Assembly: GCA_976551045.1 (NCBI GenBank)
Contig: CDPCPM010000083.1
Span: 1,302,001 to 1,366,000, forward strand
Source of the DNA: Glaucostegus cemiculus
Taxonomy: Eukaryota
Length of the DNA: 64,000 nucleotides
Reading direction: 5' to 3'
A model generated the notes under the pieces. That model saw nothing but the letters and a program-made list of their open reading frames with translations. It made no database searches and had not been told where the DNA came from. The translations under genes were made by a program, and so were the position numbers. Shown one piece after another: positions 60,908 to 64,000 of this stretch; the stretch's first letter is position 1; every line of letters begins with the position of its first letter.

Positions 60908-61056
60908 GGGAGCTAAAAGCAAGCTGCTGGAGGAATTCAGTGGGTGAGACAGCACCTGTGGAAGGAAATGGACATTTTGGGTCATTTCCCTCCGCAGATG
61001 CTGCCTGATCTGCTGAGTCCCTCCAGCAGTTAGCTTTTGCTCCAGATTCCAATATC
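60908..61056. mobile_element. Palindromic Penelope-derived mini-element lacking the hammerhead centre
   Basis: ctgctggaggaattcagtgggtgagacagcacctgtggaaggaaatg / catttccctccgcagatgctgcctgatctgctgagtccctccagcag. Confidence 0.75.
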
Positions 61057-61289
61057 CACAGTCTCTTGCACCTCCATGCGTGGGGTTAAACATACGTTCA
61101 ACTAACCATTAGCTGACTCGTCCGATTTTCAGGTATGTTTCCTGACTATACAAGCATTTTCCTCTTATTGCACTTACAGGTGTCTATTTGCCCTGCTGTA
61201 ATGCTTAGCTGGTACATGCATAGGTAAAATACAGGAATGCAATCCTCTGTGGTCGGGTCTATTCCAGAGCTCTGTTTGTGTCACTCATG

Positions 61290-61595
61290 GGATGGAGACA
61301 TTGCTACCAGTGCTGACATTTATTCTCCATCCCTAATTGCCCATGATTTGAGGAAGCAGTTTAAGAGCAACCACAATGGTGAGCCTAGAGTCATGTACAG
61401 GGCAGACTGGGGAAGGATGGCAGACTTTCTTCCCTGGAGGACAGTGGGTTTTAAAAACAATCCAATAGTATTGTGGTTACTGGGACTAGCTTTATTTCCA
61501 GATTTATTTAATTACTTGAATTTAACTTCACCCAGTTGCCAGTGGTGGGATTTGAACTCACGTCTCTGGAACTCTGGTTGCTAGACTTAACCACG
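61290..61595 (-). mobile_element. Old tRNA-derived SINE family C
   Basis: B-box-like gagttcaaatcc on the minus strand (61550-61561); tail catttattctccatccctaattgccc. Confidence 0.65.
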
Positions 61596-62887
61596 ACTCT
61601 GTGTCAGGCGTCTCCAAGCTTTTGGCATGGACTGCACCACAGCATAGTATGGACACCCAGAAACCACACAAAAAACGTTAAGTCCATATGCCCGCCTAGC
61701 TGATTGCATGTCAAGTTGTTCACAGGTCATCAAAAAAAAACAACTGTGCTACAAACACCACCTTCTAAACCTCGATGTTTACAGAACAAAATCAACAAAT
61801 ACAAAAGCATGTTTTAAAAAAAGACTTAGACTAGGTCTCTTCGCCAGCTCAGATCAGCATAATTTTCAGATTGATTTTGTACTCACTAAGGATAATGGAT
61901 TCAAAGTCATCGTTACACCTATCAGCACAAAAGGACTGAGTTGCTGAGATTCAGACTGCAATGGCGCTTCAGGGCTAAGGGAGGGATTGATATCCCTTAT
62001 TACACAATTCTTTTGCCACCAAATTAACGGGAGACGTTCCAAAGGATCTAAAGTGTCACTGCACTAAACTGCGCATTGATACCTCAGCAACTGTCGAGTA
62101 ACTGTCTACAAGGTAGCTTCGGGGAAATATGTGAGAAGGAAATTGCAGTGAGATTCACTGTACAGGCACGATGCTTCCTGCAGCTTCTCTGTTAGACACT
62201 GTGCTAGGCACTGTGTGTTGCATCAAGAGATCCCGAGGCACCTTTTGAAGAGCTTAAAGTGAACAAGGAGGCGGTGTGTGAGTCCCAACGTGGAAATCAC
62301 TGTCATGGAGATTAACAGCAAAGAAATTGGCCCTTCGGCCCACCACATCCATTCCGACCCTTTTGCCTATCTACACTAATCCTATTTGCTGGCATTAGAT
62401 CCATAGCCTTCTGTGCCTATTTAAGGGCATGTCTAAATGCCTCTTAAAGGTAGTAAGTGTATCTGACTCCACCACCTCCTCTGGCAGTGAGTTCCCAATA
62501 TCCACCACTCTCTGTGTAAGAAAAGTTTCCCCTTAAATCCCCACTAAAACTCCTTCCTCTCCCTTAAAACTTATACCCCCTTGTTTTTGACACCTCTACC
62601 ATGGGGAAAAGATTCTGACTATCTACCTTATTCTTACAATTTTTATATCTTTATCAGGTCATCCCTTAACCTGCCGTGCTCCAGGGAAAAGAAATCCAGC
62701 CGATCCAATTTCTCCCCACAACCTAGGTCCTCCAGTCGAGGCAACACCCTGGTGAATGTCCTCTGTACTCCAGCACGATCACATCCTTCCTGGAGGGTGG
62801 CCACCACAACTGCACACAATGCTCCAAGCGCAACCTAACTACTGCTGTGTAAAGTTGCAACATAACATCCCAACTCTGATTTTGGTA

Positions 62888-63172
62888 TTTTATTTATTAG
62901 TCACATGTACATCGAAACACACAGTGAAATGCATCTTCTGCGTAGAGTGCTCTTGGGGACAGCCCGCAAGTGTCGCCACGCTTCTGGCACTAGCATAGCA
63001 TGCCCACAACTTCCTAACCCGTACGTCTTTGGAATGTTGGAGGAAACTGGAGCACCTGGAGGAAACCCATGCAGACTCAGGGAGAACGTACAAACTCCTT
63101 ACAGACAGCGGCTGGAATTGAACCCAGGTCACTGCCACTATAATAGTGTTATGCTAACCGTGACGCTAACCG
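62888..63172 (-). mobile_element. tRNA-derived V-SINE, subfamily A (Rex1-like tail)
   Basis: Reverse complement of 63557-63852 and 11461-11756. Confidence 0.88.
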
Positions 63173-63555
63173 ACCTATGAAGCCAAATCCTTCTTCACCA
63201 CCCTATCTACTTGTGTGGCCACTGTCGGAAACTATGGATTTGAACCCCGAGGTCTCTGTTCGTCAACATTCCTTAGCACCCTTCCATTTACTGTATATGT
63301 CCTATCTCTATTTGGCTTCCCAGAATACATCACTTCACAATTGTCAAGATTAAATTTCACCTGCCAACATTCTGCCCAACTTTTCATCTGATCTATATCC
63401 TGCTGCAGCTTTATACAATGTTCCTTGCTCTCCACAACACCAACTTTCACGCAACCACAAACTTACTGATCATACCTCCTATATTTCACATTCAAGTTAT
63501 TAATATATATCACAAACAACAAAGGACTCAGCACTGATCCCTGTGGTGCACCCAC

Positions 63556-63853
63556 AGACATGGTAGTGTAGCGGTTAGCATAACGCTTTACAGTGCCAGC
63601 GACCTGGGTTCAATTCTGGCCGCTGTCTGTAAGGAGTTTGAACGCTCTCCCTGTGACTGCATAGGTTTTTCCCGGGTGCTCCGGTTTCTTCCCACATTCC
63701 AAAAGACATACGGGTTAGGAAGTTGTGGGCATGCTATGTTGGCACCGGAAGGGTGGCGACACTTGCGGGCTGCCCCAGAACACTACGCAAAAGAAGCATT
63801 TCACTGCGTGTTTCAATGTACACGTGACTAATAAAGTTATTTTATCTTATCTC
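63556..63853 (+). mobile_element. tRNA-derived V-SINE, subfamily A (Rex1-like tail)
   Basis: tagtgtagcgg A box, ggttcaattc B box, V core, tail. Short TSD-like tgcacc(c)ac on both sides within the host CR1. Confidence 0.88.
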
Positions 63854-64000
63854 TTGCACCACTGGTCAAAGTTTCCTTCCACCATTACTCTCTGCCTCCT
63901 ATCACCAAGCCAATTTTGAATCCAATTAGACAGCTCTGTCAAATTAGTGAGGCAGGATTTCCCCCACACAAAGCCATTCTATCTCTGATCAGCCTCTGCC

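Larger units (their letters stand above)
15347..64000 (-). other. GSE1: Probable large upstream intron of GSE1 (first exon not identified in window)
   Basis: The 219-nt exon has a strong acceptor, so an upstream exon must exist. No convincing GSE1 5' exon or other gene was recognised; a small exon could have been missed. Confidence 0.6.
62320..64000 (-). mobile_element. CR1 LINE 3' portion with two nested V-SINEs
   Basis: ORF 63232-63450 LQQDIDQMKSWAECWQVKFNLDNCEVMYSG is CR1 RT; CR1 3' UTR at 62320-62600. Confidence 0.88.

Overview
Vertebrate genomic DNA, most likely a cartilaginous fish (inferred from elasmobranch-type HE1/V-SINE, CR1, Rex1/Babar, Deu-type SINE and Penelope repeats). The window lies inside GSE1 on the minus strand. 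Two coding exons are present: a 219-nt exon at 15346-15128 and a 200-nt exon at 276-77 that the ORF track misses. They are joined by a 14.85-kb intron, and about 49 kb of upstream intron follows with no recognisable first exon. The rest is nested retroelement debris, microsatellites, a 150-N gap and several repeat-poor, motif-dense blocks that look like conserved enhancers. The most notable observations are: (1) short, TSD-flanked, often palindromic Penelope-derived inserts carrying a minimal hammerhead-ribozyme motif; (2) a V-SINE subfamily whose 3' tail reproduces the stem-loop of local Rex1/Babar LINEs rather than the CR1 tail; (3) a ~1-kb fold-back made by an inverted duplication inside a 23-bp minisatellite; (4) the 219-nt exon would be a stop-free, endless ORF if circularised, and it is flanked by inverted repeat copies; (5) a 39-bp repeat, open on both strands, that resembles the neighbouring GSE1 exon. 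Repeat boundaries were read by eye and are approximate. Family names come from recalled consensus features, not database searches.
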